DNA of 64,000 nt from Nymphaea colorata (taxonomy: Eukaryota). The translations under genes were made by a program, and so were the position numbers. Positions 53,478 to 64,000 of this stretch are shown piece after piece. The notes under the pieces are model-generated. The model ran no database searches. It worked only from the letters and a program-made list of their open reading frames with translations, and had not been told where the DNA came from. The DNA is taken from contig NC_045138.2 in NCBI RefSeq assembly GCF_008831285.2, positions 20,398,001 through 20,462,000 on the forward strand, read 5' to 3'. Positions within the stretch are counted from its first letter, which is position 1. Every line of letters starts with the position of its first letter.

Positions 53478-56400
53478 CACCATTTGAGTGTTTTATAAAT
53501 TTATCTTAATAATTAGGTAAATTTAGGTAAATTTACGAAAAATTTGAGCACATGTTTCATGAATGTGCTTCAATAATATTGTAAAGTGTCGTAGTAAAAG
53601 CGAAAGCGCCACTTTTTCTACACATGAAGTAATATAAGTAATATAAGGTTACGTCTTTGTCTAATAATGAGCACCGAATTCCCATCAACTAATACACTAG
53701 TCCCACCATATTGACATAACTATAGTCTCACCATATTGACATAATTAGAGAGGTTGATGTTCGTGCAATTAAAACTAGTGACCAACAGCTACCAACCACT
53801 AGACTGAACCACCAATTTAAGTAGATGTAAGCCTTGAAGTAGACTCTAAGCCAGAAAAACATATGGGTGTCTTAATAATAACTTTTTAAAAGACTTTGGA
53901 GGGGCCTGTTTTTATGGTGTATTATTTTAACGATATTTTGAAAATAAAGAATAAAAGTATTGTTTTTGACCTTGTCTTGAAAGCGAGAGTTGCAATCACA
54001 AAGTCGCTGCTCTATTAAGAGTAGGATTAAAGTCAAAACAAGTATCATCTCCAGACACTAAAAACACCTTGACTAGATAAGAACAAGAGTGAGAGCTTGG
54101 GCTTCAGCTTTTTCTTGCTCACTCAAAATATGAGGCACGTGGTGAGAGGGGGATGTGATATTGGTTCATCTCACTATTCGAAACGAGGCCCCAAAGTCCC
54201 TCCATTCTTCCTACCTCTGAGGTCATAAGTTGGGTCGATGTCAACGATAGCAACGATGCACCCTTTAATTTGAATGTCACATCCTACCACCATAAAACAT
54301 AAAAATACTCACGAAAATCACTGCATTGATATGACCCCTAACCCGGCCAGCTAAGGCCAAAGGTATTAAAGTAGCTTCATTCAAATTAAATAAGTGGCAA
54401 ACCAATTTGATTTTTTTAAATATTGTTTATTTATTTTTTAACAAATGGTTTTGAGTCAGTAGCCGGATTAGTATGATGAGTTGTATGGGCATTTGATAGC
54501 TTTAGATTTGAAATCCAATGTAATTTGAGATCAATGAGAATTGGAATCCATTGATTTAAGATCAGAATCGTCTCTTCTCTGACCTCAAATACACGGTGTT
54601 TGGCCATAAAATGACAATCTCAAATCCTCTTTTTGATATAGTAGTAAAATATAATGCTTGTTTACCTTTGAAAAAAATTAGGTCAGAGATCTGAAGCTAT
54701 CAAAACAGAATCGTTCTATCAGGAAACGGTGTTGGAGAATTAGATGAATTTGCAACGCAATATGATGAAGCGCCCAAGGAAAAATCAGACTGAATTCTCC
54801 CCCACTCGAAGAACTATCAATGGCTGGATTGAATCTCTCGCCCTCATCTACATTAAGAATTTAGAGAAACGAAGTGATGAGCAAGGCAGAGGTAACGAAC
54901 ACTTACAGAATTAATCCCGTCGCTTCGCAGCATCAGTTTTCATCCCTCCCTCTGTTCATCTTCCTCCGCTTCTTCTTCCTCCTTCCGTCGACGCCTTTGC
55001 TTAGATCAGAGGCAACTAAAGCAACTCCATTTTAACACTGCAGGCAGCTGTACGGGACTTCAATCATCGGGAGAGTCGACTCCCTTCTGGTTCAATGTCA
55101 CCGAAGCGATGCTGATCACATTGACATCGAGAGAGGGAAATGGCGGATTCAGAGAAGCTTGGAAAGTGTTCTTCCAACCAGCAATTGACGCGCCTCTGGG
55201 TTTCTTTTATCTACGAACATTTTCCCTCAAAAAACTCTGACCAAGGGAACGTGATCCGCTAGATTCAAGAAACTTGCGAGATTCATTGCTTGGAAATCTT
55301 GATCCATTCATCGCTTGGCTTTGAATCCGACGACCTCGAGGCTCTCAAAATTTGAGTCGTAAACTTTTTATTCATGCGTCGATATCACGAAAAACTGATC
55401 TGGCAACGTGCCCAACACGATCCTTGTGTCCGTACAGTTGAAATTTGCCGAAAGGAATACAAAAAAAACGTTGGTTTTTGAAGTGCATAAGATCGCCCTG
55501 AATTTCAGCACGCATCTCGATCGATCTCTTAAATTCCTTCGCTCAAATGTCCCGATTCCTAGGGCCAGCCTGTTAGCCAATTAATCTTAGCTCTTTATCA
55601 AATTAGAGTCAGATCTGCAAAAGAAAAAAAAAAAATAGCAAACTTAACATGCGATCCGAAAAGAAATTTTAGCAAAGCAGGCGCTTCAAAATCGGATATG
55701 CGACGAAAAGTTTAAAAAAGTTAAAATGTAGAAAAAATTGGACATTCGATTAAGAAATCAAGTCACATTCGGATTTAAGAAATGATATCCTGTCTATTTT
55801 CGATTGGAATTTAGATTCATTTTTTAAAGTAAATATCTGATCGAACTTTGATTTGGATTTAATTTGGTTTACTAAGCAACTAAGCAATATTCATTTTGAT
55901 GTGCCTCAAATTTGGTTGTATATCTAAATGTTGGGTTCAGATTCAGATGTGAAAATAAAAGTCCAATTCAGATTATATGTTAAAAACGATAGATTCAAAG
56001 TCGGACTAGGGTGGATGGAGGGAGGGTCCAACCTCAAATGTGCGGATCTTAGATATGCGGTGAAACAAACACAACTTTATTGTTCCTCTTGAGCTCATGA
56101 CTCAGAAGCTGCTTCTGGCAATGAAGGATGAAATGGATGCATTGGATCGGAATTGACCTTGGACTCTTGTTCTTTGAACACTACCTTGGACAATTGACCA
56201 CAAAACCACAAAGTGATTTATGATCTTGGAATTTTATATCCCAAGATTTCATATCCTTGACTTTTACCAAGGATATGAAATTTGTTATTTGGATGCATGG
56301 AACGTATCATGAATTTGTTGTAATCCATGTAATTTAAAGTCCACAGGTCCCAGTCAAGACCCACCTACTCCCTTTGACTTGAGATCCATAGTCACCATGT

Positions 56401-56493
56401 AAATCCATGGATGGCTCTCCAATTTCCAATGTGGTACAACCATAGATTTAAGGAGAGCCAAACCCTTGGATCTGCAACTTGACAATTCCCTTA

Positions 56494-56717
56494 GGTTGTG
56501 TTTGACAGCTTTAGATCTTGCATAAAAATGTGTGTTTTGGAAGATATTCAATTGTTTAAACTGAGGATCTCGGTAGCATAGATTTCAAATCCATGCTATA
56601 TGTTAAAAACCATAGGTTTAAGGTGAGATTGGAAGGGAGGAGGTCTGATCTTGAATCCATGGATTTGGAATCTCATACCATTGCGGATCTTAGATCTGTG
56701 GTGAAACAAATGCAACC
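56494..56717. mobile_element. Tourist/PIF-like MITE
   Basis: TIR ggttgtgtttg / caaatgcaacc flanked by TTA / TAA; a related right end occurs at about 56041-56075. Confidence 0.7.
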
Positions 56718-57738
56718 TAAAAACAAAGCGTCGGCCCTGTCATAGGTACCTCTCTCTCAGTTTCTCTACTCTTCTGTCGAGTAGTTCAAAACAAAAAGTA
56801 TCTTCACAATGTTCATTTATGTATTCAATCTAAACATTTCCCATATGGACATCAAGTTTTGCCAGATGAAATCATAACTATATGGTATTAACTGTCAAAT
56901 ATAAACTGTGTGACAGATCTCTTTGAAATGGAACCACAACTGATCATGCTATTTACCTCTTCAAGAAGTGGGTGCTGTAACAGTTACTGACCATATTCCT
57001 TTGGGATATTCACATGTGATTTGAACAAAAAAGTCATATCTGAATCCAAATCCAAAATTTGATTTCACAATCTGAATCTGTTTTTTACATTCACATCTGA
57101 ATTATCAGAATCTGAATTTTGAAATGAATCTGGCTGGTTTACAAAATGTAAGGTCGTTGGATATAGGTTATTTGTTTAAAACTAAACATGATTCGAATCT
57201 AAATCTGATGAGATATTTATGTATATGGAAGACTGATTTTGTGTCACTTTTTAAATTTGAATTTGATATAATTTCTTAATTAAATATTAAACTTTTTTTT
57301 TATATCCGATTTAAAAAATCAGTGGGATGTCCAATCCAAGTTGGATACAGTGACATCCCTATCCATTGAAAAATGTTTGCAGCCCAATCAAGTATTTCAA
57401 TGCCCACCTGGTTTTTGGGGGGGGCCATGTGGCTGCCCATTCTCGAGATGTAAATTAACCAAAATCTGTACCCCATTTGCATAGTTTCCAACACAAATGC
57501 ATGCAAGTACATAGAATCTTGTGTAAGAGCCTCAGTGTTTTCCAAGAAGCTACAATACATGGAAATGAATGTAAATAGACAAAAGAATTTGAAATTTGAA
57601 ACACTAACAAAGTAATTTTTGAATAGGCCACAATTATCAAAACATTCTAGAATAACTAATATTAAGCTCAATGGGCATAGATGTGACAAGAATCTATCAA
57701 ATTATCCATCGAAGTAAATAGGCAAATGTAATATCCCA

Positions 57739-57997
57739 AAAATTTAGTTTTGTATTGAAAATTGTGAGGGATTTTCAAAAGTTTATAAAGAATTGGAGCC
57801 TAAACTGTCAGGGAACAGGTTGGGATCCGCCGAACCAAGGCCCGTGTAAAATTTAGTCTGGTGTTGAAGATTGTGAGAGATCTTCAAGGGCTTATAAAAT
57901 TGGTTATTAAATATATGATTGTCTTGGTTCCTAACCTTTTTTAAGTTGAAACCGAAACTGTTAGGGAGCGAGTTGGGATCCACTGAATCAGGGCCCA
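57739..57997. repeat. Degenerate two-copy direct repeat
   Basis: The block aaaatttagt...attgtgag.gat...aaactgt.aggga...gttgggatcc...ggccc occurs twice. Confidence 0.6.
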
Positions 57998-59074
57998 ATC
58001 CTAGAAATGGATTGGGTTATTACAGCAAGAATATCACATAGGTGTCTCCAATAGCAACTTAATATCTAAAAGATCATTTGACATCAGTAACACATTGTGA
58101 TTATCCCATAAATGTACCACAAGAAATGGAGTAGATTCATAAAACATCGTGTTATAGTTTTTTTCATGAATTTGCAACATTTTATCTCATCTCATATTAA
58201 TTGCATACACAAAAATAGAAAATCATGTTATTTCTAGTAAGAGATTTCGATTAATTAAGACAGTTATTGGTTTCCCCTAGATGAAACAAATATTGGCATT
58301 AGCATAGCCTGTATTTCCCAGAGCTAGTAGTCGTCCCTCTGTATAGAAAACATAAAAGAGGACAATGTTAAAATGCATGTAACGCACAAACTGCATTTCA
58401 GCTTCCCTCATGATCTAAATGAATAGTTGCTGAGGTGAGAGTAAAGCACAAGTCTGCCATAAATTTGCAAGCGAAGGAAAAGTAAAATAACAAAATGCAC
58501 ATAGATCATAGAAGGAAGGAAATCACCTCGTCGCAACATGATAACCTGCACGTCCAATTGCAGTCAATTCATCGCAAAAAGAAACGCAATGAGTTTGATT
58601 TGTATATATGACCAACATAATGGAATCACTAGATTTTATCATCAATAGCCATGTTGTCAAAATCGTTTTCTAAATTGAAACGGAAAGCCGAATGATAGAG
58701 AAGAACTGAAAAATTTCAGAAAAACAAAAAACATGGAAGCTTGAACATTTTGTAAAAAAGTTTGCGAACGTCAAACATCTGACCCTTAAGCAGATCAAAT
58801 CGCTTGTCCTGTGTCACTAGAAGATCAAAAGGTTTGCGAATGACAAAGTGGGAGCAGTTATCACCGTCACAAAGCTTTGAATAATCTGAAGAGCTCCCCG
58901 TTCAAGCTTTTCTGTATCAGATCTTGGTCGGGAGTATGGTGACCAGCAGCTTGCAAGTGTTTGATCTGCTGTTGAGTTTTGTGGATTTATCTTGTACTTG
59001 ATATTATGCTGTGTGAGCTTCAACTGCATGAATCTATATGTGGAGTATTCCCTCCTGATGATCAACCATGAAAG

Positions 59075-60622
59075 ATGGTGGACGCATCTTACTTGTCTAA
59101 CCTTCTCCGGCAGGCCGTCCTCTCCAGGAGCCTCACCTCTGGCGAGAAACTACATACGCAAATCATAAAAGGAGGATTCCAGTTCGATCCTTTCCTGTCT
59201 AACAACCTTATTTGTTTATACACAAGGTCGCCTGCCACCCTTCGTTGTGCCAACAAAGTGTTCGACGAAATTCGTGACCCGGATGTCGTCTCTTGGACCT
59301 CTCTGATCAGCGGATATGCCCATGCCTACCTTCCCCTCCGCGCCCTGGATCTCTTCGTCTCCATGCTCCGCCATTCCACCCTCCCTAACCAACATACTTT
59401 TTCTGCAATTTTCCATGCATGTGCAGCAATATCGGCTGCGAAACCCGGTCTGCAAATCCATGCCCATGCAGTTAAGCTCGGTTTGGATCAGCAAAAATTC
59501 GTGAGTAGCTCGGTTATGGATATGTATGGCAAGTGCGGCAGAGTTGATGATGGGCTTCGAGTGTTTGATGGAATGCCTGAGAGAGATGAAGTTTCTTGGG
59601 GAGGAATTATCTGTTGCTGCTCGCAAAATGGACGTCCTTGGGATGCTCTTCAGCTTTTCGGACTCATGCGTGCTTCAGATGCGAAGGCCAATATGTTCAG
59701 CCTCTCTGGTGCGCTTTGTGCTTCTGCAGATGCTGCAGCTTATGACCAGGGAAGGATTATCCACGCTTATGCTGTGGCTATTGGACTTGAGACCAATGTC
59801 TTTGTGGGGAGCGCTCTAGTCGACATGTATGGGAAATGTGGGGTTATAAATGACGCTCAGGCTGCTTTTCACTCTCTTGCAGCCCCCAATCTGGTCTCTT
59901 GGAATGCCATTATCATGGCTTATGCTCAGCAGGGCAATGTTGACGCTGCACTCAAATTGTTTGCAGAACTTCGAAGCCAGGGTGTATTACCAGATGATGT
60001 AACGTTCCTCGCCATCCTCACCGCCTGCTCCAATGCTGGGATGGTTGATGAGGCTCGAAACCTTTTAACATCAATGAGCACAGAATTTGGGCTGCCTCCC
60101 TGTGTCGGCCATTACACCTGTGTCATTTCTGTGCTCTGCAGAGCAGGTTTGATAGAGGAAGCAGAGGAATTGGCTCTAATAATGCCCTTTCCTCCGGACA
60201 GCGCAGTGTGGCGTGTGCTGCTGTCTGCGTGCATGGTGCATGGGAATTCCGTGGTTGGAGAGCGAGTAGGTCGCCGAGCTATTGAATCTAGAGACAAAGA
60301 TGGTGAGAACGAGGAGGACGCGTCTCTGTATGTACTGCTTTCTAACATCTACTCTGGTAAAGCAAGGTGGCATGAGGCAGCTAGAATACGCAGGGAGCTG
60401 CATGAACTAAGAGTTCAGAAAGAAGCAGGACAGAGTTGGATTCAGATTGCTCAGCATCTTCATGTATTCGTGTCGGGCGATCAGACACATCCTTTCACTG
60501 TAGATATTTACAGAGTAATAGCAGTTTTGACAGAGGAGATTAGAAAATTAATGTTGGTTGGTGATTTCAGATGTAACCACGCAGGTACATTTGGCATCAG
60601 TAGTATTGATGATCTTCACTAA
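59075..60622 (+). CDS. Pentatricopeptide repeat protein, PLS class, E/E+ subgroup (no DYW domain), 515 aa, intronless
   Basis: Repeated PLS motifs (DVVSWTSLISGY, VDMYGKCG, NLVSWNAIIMAY, VTFLAILTACS), E motifs (AVWRVLLSAC, YVLLSNIYS), PG-box KEAGQSWI and E+ region; no HSE/CxxC/DYW. Confidence 0.95.
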   Translation: MVDASYLSNLLRQAVLSRSLTSGEKLHTQIIKGGFQFDPFLSNNLICLYTRSPATLRCANKVFDEIRDPDVVSWTSLISGYAHAYLPLRALDLFVSMLRHSTLPNQHTFSAIFHACAAISAAKPGLQIHAHAVKLGLDQQKFVSSSVMDMYGKCGRVDDGLRVFDGMPERDEVSWGGIICCCSQNGRPWDALQLFGLMRASDAKANMFSLSGALCASADAAAYDQGRIIHAYAVAIGLETNVFVGSALVDMYGKCGVINDAQAAFHSLAAPNLVSWNAIIMAYAQQGNVDAALKLFAELRSQGVLPDDVTFLAILTACSNAGMVDEARNLLTSMSTEFGLPPCVGHYTCVISVLCRAGLIEEAEELALIMPFPPDSAVWRVLLSACMVHGNSVVGERVGRRAIESRDKDGENEEDASLYVLLSNIYSGKARWHEAARIRRELHELRVQKEAGQSWIQIAQHLHVFVSGDQTHPFTVDIYRVIAVLTEEIRKLMLVGDFRCNHAGTFGISSIDDLH

Positions 60623-61391
60623 GAACTTTGGCTCTTGGTTGCAGATGAGATATGTCTGCGGAAAACGAATTTTGATAATTTCTCGTTTCTGCAAAAGAAA
60701 TTGGTGCACTAACAAAATGGATGCCAAATAGTTCCACAGAATGCTAGGTGGAAGATCTGTAAAATTTTTTAGCTTTACAGCCACAGTAGATAAAATTATG
60801 CTTTGCAACCACAGTCAGTAGCTTTCTCCTCTATTTGTGTGTTATGGATAGTATGGTTTTTTTCTTGGATACTTAGTTGACCTGAACCCATTTAGTTGGA
60901 TATTTGGATCCTGTAAGAAATTTTTATTACCCTAATAGTTGACTAAGGAGGATCTTGTTTCCAAGTATTTATATCTGACATCCAAAGCCAACCAGTTTTT
61001 CTTCATTTACAATAAGAAAGGAGCCCTTTAATAAAACATTTTTTGTGAAACTTAAAGATAATCTCTTTATACTTCATACCCTAGATGGTGGAGATTAAGT
61101 TCAAAAAACAGAAATAGCCTTTCTATATAGTTTTTAAGGACAAAATCAAGCAATAGCTTATGTATATACCTTTTTACCATTGGACATTATTTATAAGTGT
61201 AAACTTCAATATAGCATCTAATGGCAACAACTCTCGGTGTGATATGGGCAGGCACATGCATGTGACATCTTTCATAAGGCATTTGTATCCAATTTCATGA
61301 CCATTATGTTGTTAGGTTCTCCTTATAATTGTTTGCCTTTGAACAACTTTTCAAATCTTTGCCTTCTTTCATATGCATCAAGTATAACCTA

Positions 61392-61556
61392 GGGAGTGTT
61401 TGGCAGTCAGAGCACTAACATAGTGTTCCATGTGTATGTACCAAAAAATGGGGGTACATTCATGAAAAATTAAAATGCAATTTTTCGTAAATTTGCCCCA
61501 ATTTTTAAGACATGTTCATGGAACAATATGTTAGTGTTCATACTGCCAAAAGCCCC
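61392..61556. mobile_element. Hairpin-forming MITE (Tourist-like GGG.GTGTTTGG termini)
   Basis: gggagtgtttggcagt..cactaacata.tgttccatg pairs with catggaaca.tatgttagtg..actgccaaaagcccc; TA on both flanks. Confidence 0.8.
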
Positions 61557-61703
61557 TATGAACCCTAATGTATCATGAAGAATTTGATCTGCAATACTTC
61601 AGTGCCAATAAACTATGACTACACATTTACATATATTTTTTGAGACAATATAGGATGATATATAATCTCCATGGCATTTTATAGGAATCATCTAAATTAC
61701 ATG

Positions 61704-61973
61704 CTAAGTCACACAGTGCGCCAACTATGGTGGCACACCCGCACCTGCATCGGTGTGGGTGCTGGTGTTGGTGCGGCCCGACACGACGTCAAATGAGTTT
61801 TGGCCATTTTGAAAAATGTTTTGGCCGAGTTTTCATTGATATATCGAATCAAGGTAACGTTGATAAAAGAAAGTTTAAAAATATAGACAAATAAAATTAC
61901 TTATATAAAAAATTTATATATATATATATATATATAGATATGCACTCCCCTCACCGGCACCCATGTGACATAT
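61704..61973. mobile_element. hAT-type MITE (CTAAGTCACA terminus, related to the 45424 element)
   Basis: TIR ctaagtcacacagtgc / gcacccatgtgacatat; flanks attacatg / attacaca (6/8). Confidence 0.6.
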
Positions 61974-62114
61974 ATTACACATGATACCATAATTTTGGGT
62001 CAGCCAAACCATAATTTTTTTCTGTTGTTTTAAGTTTTAAACATTGTCTTCATGGTGTATTGAGTATGAATTTGTTTTAAATTTCTGTTTTTATGAAATT
62101 TTGTATATATATAT

Positions 62115-62481
62115 CATAGCCACAAATAACGTCTCGGAGTTTTAAACGACGTGGTTTTTTTTTTGTATAATACGACGAGCTTGAAAAATATGGTAAATTT
62201 TTAAAAAAATTTAAAAACTAAAAATAGGAGAAATGAGAAACTAATAACACAAACATCAAAAGATAAGTAGATTTGCAACAAAAAATAGAAAATAAAAAAA
62301 AAAAAAACTGTTTGGCATTAAAAAAACTGAAAAAAATAAAAAATGTGAAAAAAACAGGTTTTGTTTTTTTTCCTTTTTAACATTTAAAAGAAAAATGTGT
62401 TTTTTTTAAGCTTTAAACTGTCATTTAATTTATCACATTTTTTCGCGTTCTTTCGAAAAAAACGCGTTTTCTGTGACTATT
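62115..62481 (+). mobile_element. hAT-type MITE, copy 1
   Basis: Termini catagccac / gtgactat; interior is a diverged reverse complement of 62961-63325. Confidence 0.75.
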
Positions 62482-62960
62482 ATATGCACCATTTTCCCAC
62501 TTTGTTGCCTATAGGCTGGCTAGAATTCTTAACTGTGTAAGGAATGTAATGAATAAGATTCTCAACATAGAAGGGCATAAAATTCAATAAGACCCCCAAT
62601 ATTTGTACTGCACTTTATATTTCTTGATGTTTTTTTTAATATTTTAGTAAATATTTTCAACTTTTTTTATCTATGGTCTTGCAATAAAATAAATATGAAA
62701 CCCAAATTTCATATTTTTTCTATTACCTATAACTTTAAACTCTTGAATTTTTTTGACAAAGGCAAAGATATATCTCAGTTAGTACCCAAGAAAAACTTCA
62801 ATATTGACGAAAATCCAAAAACAGTATTTGTGACAATTTATTTGTGAAAAATGATACAACCCATTTCCTGATAAGAAAAGGATATCATGGCAAATACCAA
62901 TCTAATCATTTTGTTATGCAGAGAGATTTGATATGCAGTCTAACTGAAACTAACCTGAAC

Positions 62961-63325
62961 CATAGTCAGAAAGAACAAGTTATTTTCGAAAAAACGAGAA
63001 AAAAATATGAGAAATGAAATGCCATTTAAAACTTAAAAAAACGCATTAAAAAACGTTAAAACAAAAAAACGCGCTTTTCGCTTTTTTTTCAATTTTTTCA
63101 CACCAAACAGTTTTTTTTTCATTTTCTATCTTTTATTTGTTGCAAATATATTTATCTTTTGATGTTTGCGTTATTATTTTCTCACATATTTTATTTTCCT
63201 CTCATTTTTCAAATTTTTTTAAAACATACCATTTTTTCTTTTTTTCCCATATTTTTCAAGCCCACTGTATTATGCTCGAGAGAAACCTCACCATCTAAAA
63301 CTCTGAAATGTTATTGGCGACTATG
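62961..63325 (-). mobile_element. hAT-type MITE, copy 2 (inverted relative to copy 1)
   Basis: TIR catagtc / gactatg; perfect 8-bp TSD acctgaac at 62953-62960 and 63326-63333. Confidence 0.85.
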
Positions 63326-64000
63326 ACCTGAACTAATACAGAAAAATCAAGCAGGCCTTTCTTCTACAGTTTCTTACTTAACCAATAATACCACATTGAA
63401 AAGCTCAAAATGTTAGCCCCATTTTTATTACTAATGGAAAAAAAATCTAGCTACCAAATGACAAATATCTTGTCAATAATACAAGTTCAAGAGCCATGGC
63501 ATTCTTACCAAGTCAAGAAAAACATGTAACAAGCTCATTAGTCTGAGCACTTGCAAGTGTTTGTTCAATGCATGTGCTTTGCTACTGAAAGCCTCCATTT
63601 TTGGAGATGATTCCCTTCCAACACTGGTTATGGGAGACATGAGAATGAGGTGCATGAGGGTTGGAAACCCATTTGGTTCCCTTCTCAAGCTACCATTGCA
63701 CATGCAACTCCTTGTTTTTATTGGGCACACAAAACAAAACTAGGTCCCACTCTAACCAGTGATTAAAGCAATATCTGTTGGCTAAACAAACTCAGCTGCA
63801 CTTGCCATGTCAATGGAGATTGCACATCATTCATGAATGAGAAAGTGTTTGGTAAAGTTTAGTCTCTCATAAATTATTCTAAAATCTATTGGCACCATTG
63901 GCCTGTTGGATTGTCTTGAAGCTTTGAAGTCGAGGAAAGGTTATGGTTTAGGGTAACACTCTACTTTGAAAAGTTTAGTCTTTTATACAAGGGTAGAGCC

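Noticed and set aside
63473..64000. ORFs at the window end, possibly retroelement-derived
   Set aside because: No diagnostic motif could be read with confidence.

Overview
AT-rich, intron-containing flowering-plant nuclear DNA; the species cannot be established from sequence alone. Four intact protein-coding genes can be assembled by hand with canonical GT-AG splicing. (1) A two-exon Mal d 1/Fra a 1-associated-protein-like gene (12264-16640, +), whose promoter, first exon and part of intron 1 are tandemly duplicated upstream (about 5390-9723 vs 9723-14017). (2) A 7-exon group-I calcium-dependent protein kinase (30322-35444, +). (3) An 11-exon START/SRPBCC-superfamily lipid-binding protein (48479-38672, -). 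(4) An intronless PLS-class E+ PPR gene (59075-60622, +). Between genes 1 and 2 is an unusual patchwork of about 8 kb: an A-rich degenerate array with a roughly 1.1-kb period that carries an orphan last exon of an aldehyde oxidase, a near-perfect fold-back centred on a (TA)n tract, an orphan first exon of an STP13-type hexose transporter, and possibly a third gene fragment. The remainder is dense in MITEs (many with 8-bp target-site duplications, hAT-type), plus a tRNA-type SINE with a 16-bp TSD, a LINE relic and microsatellites. No rRNA, tRNA or CRISPR features were seen. No wholly new biological system is demonstrated; the best leads are the dual-first-exon arrangement and the gene-fragment patchwork. 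All family assignments are from motif recognition by eye, not database searches.
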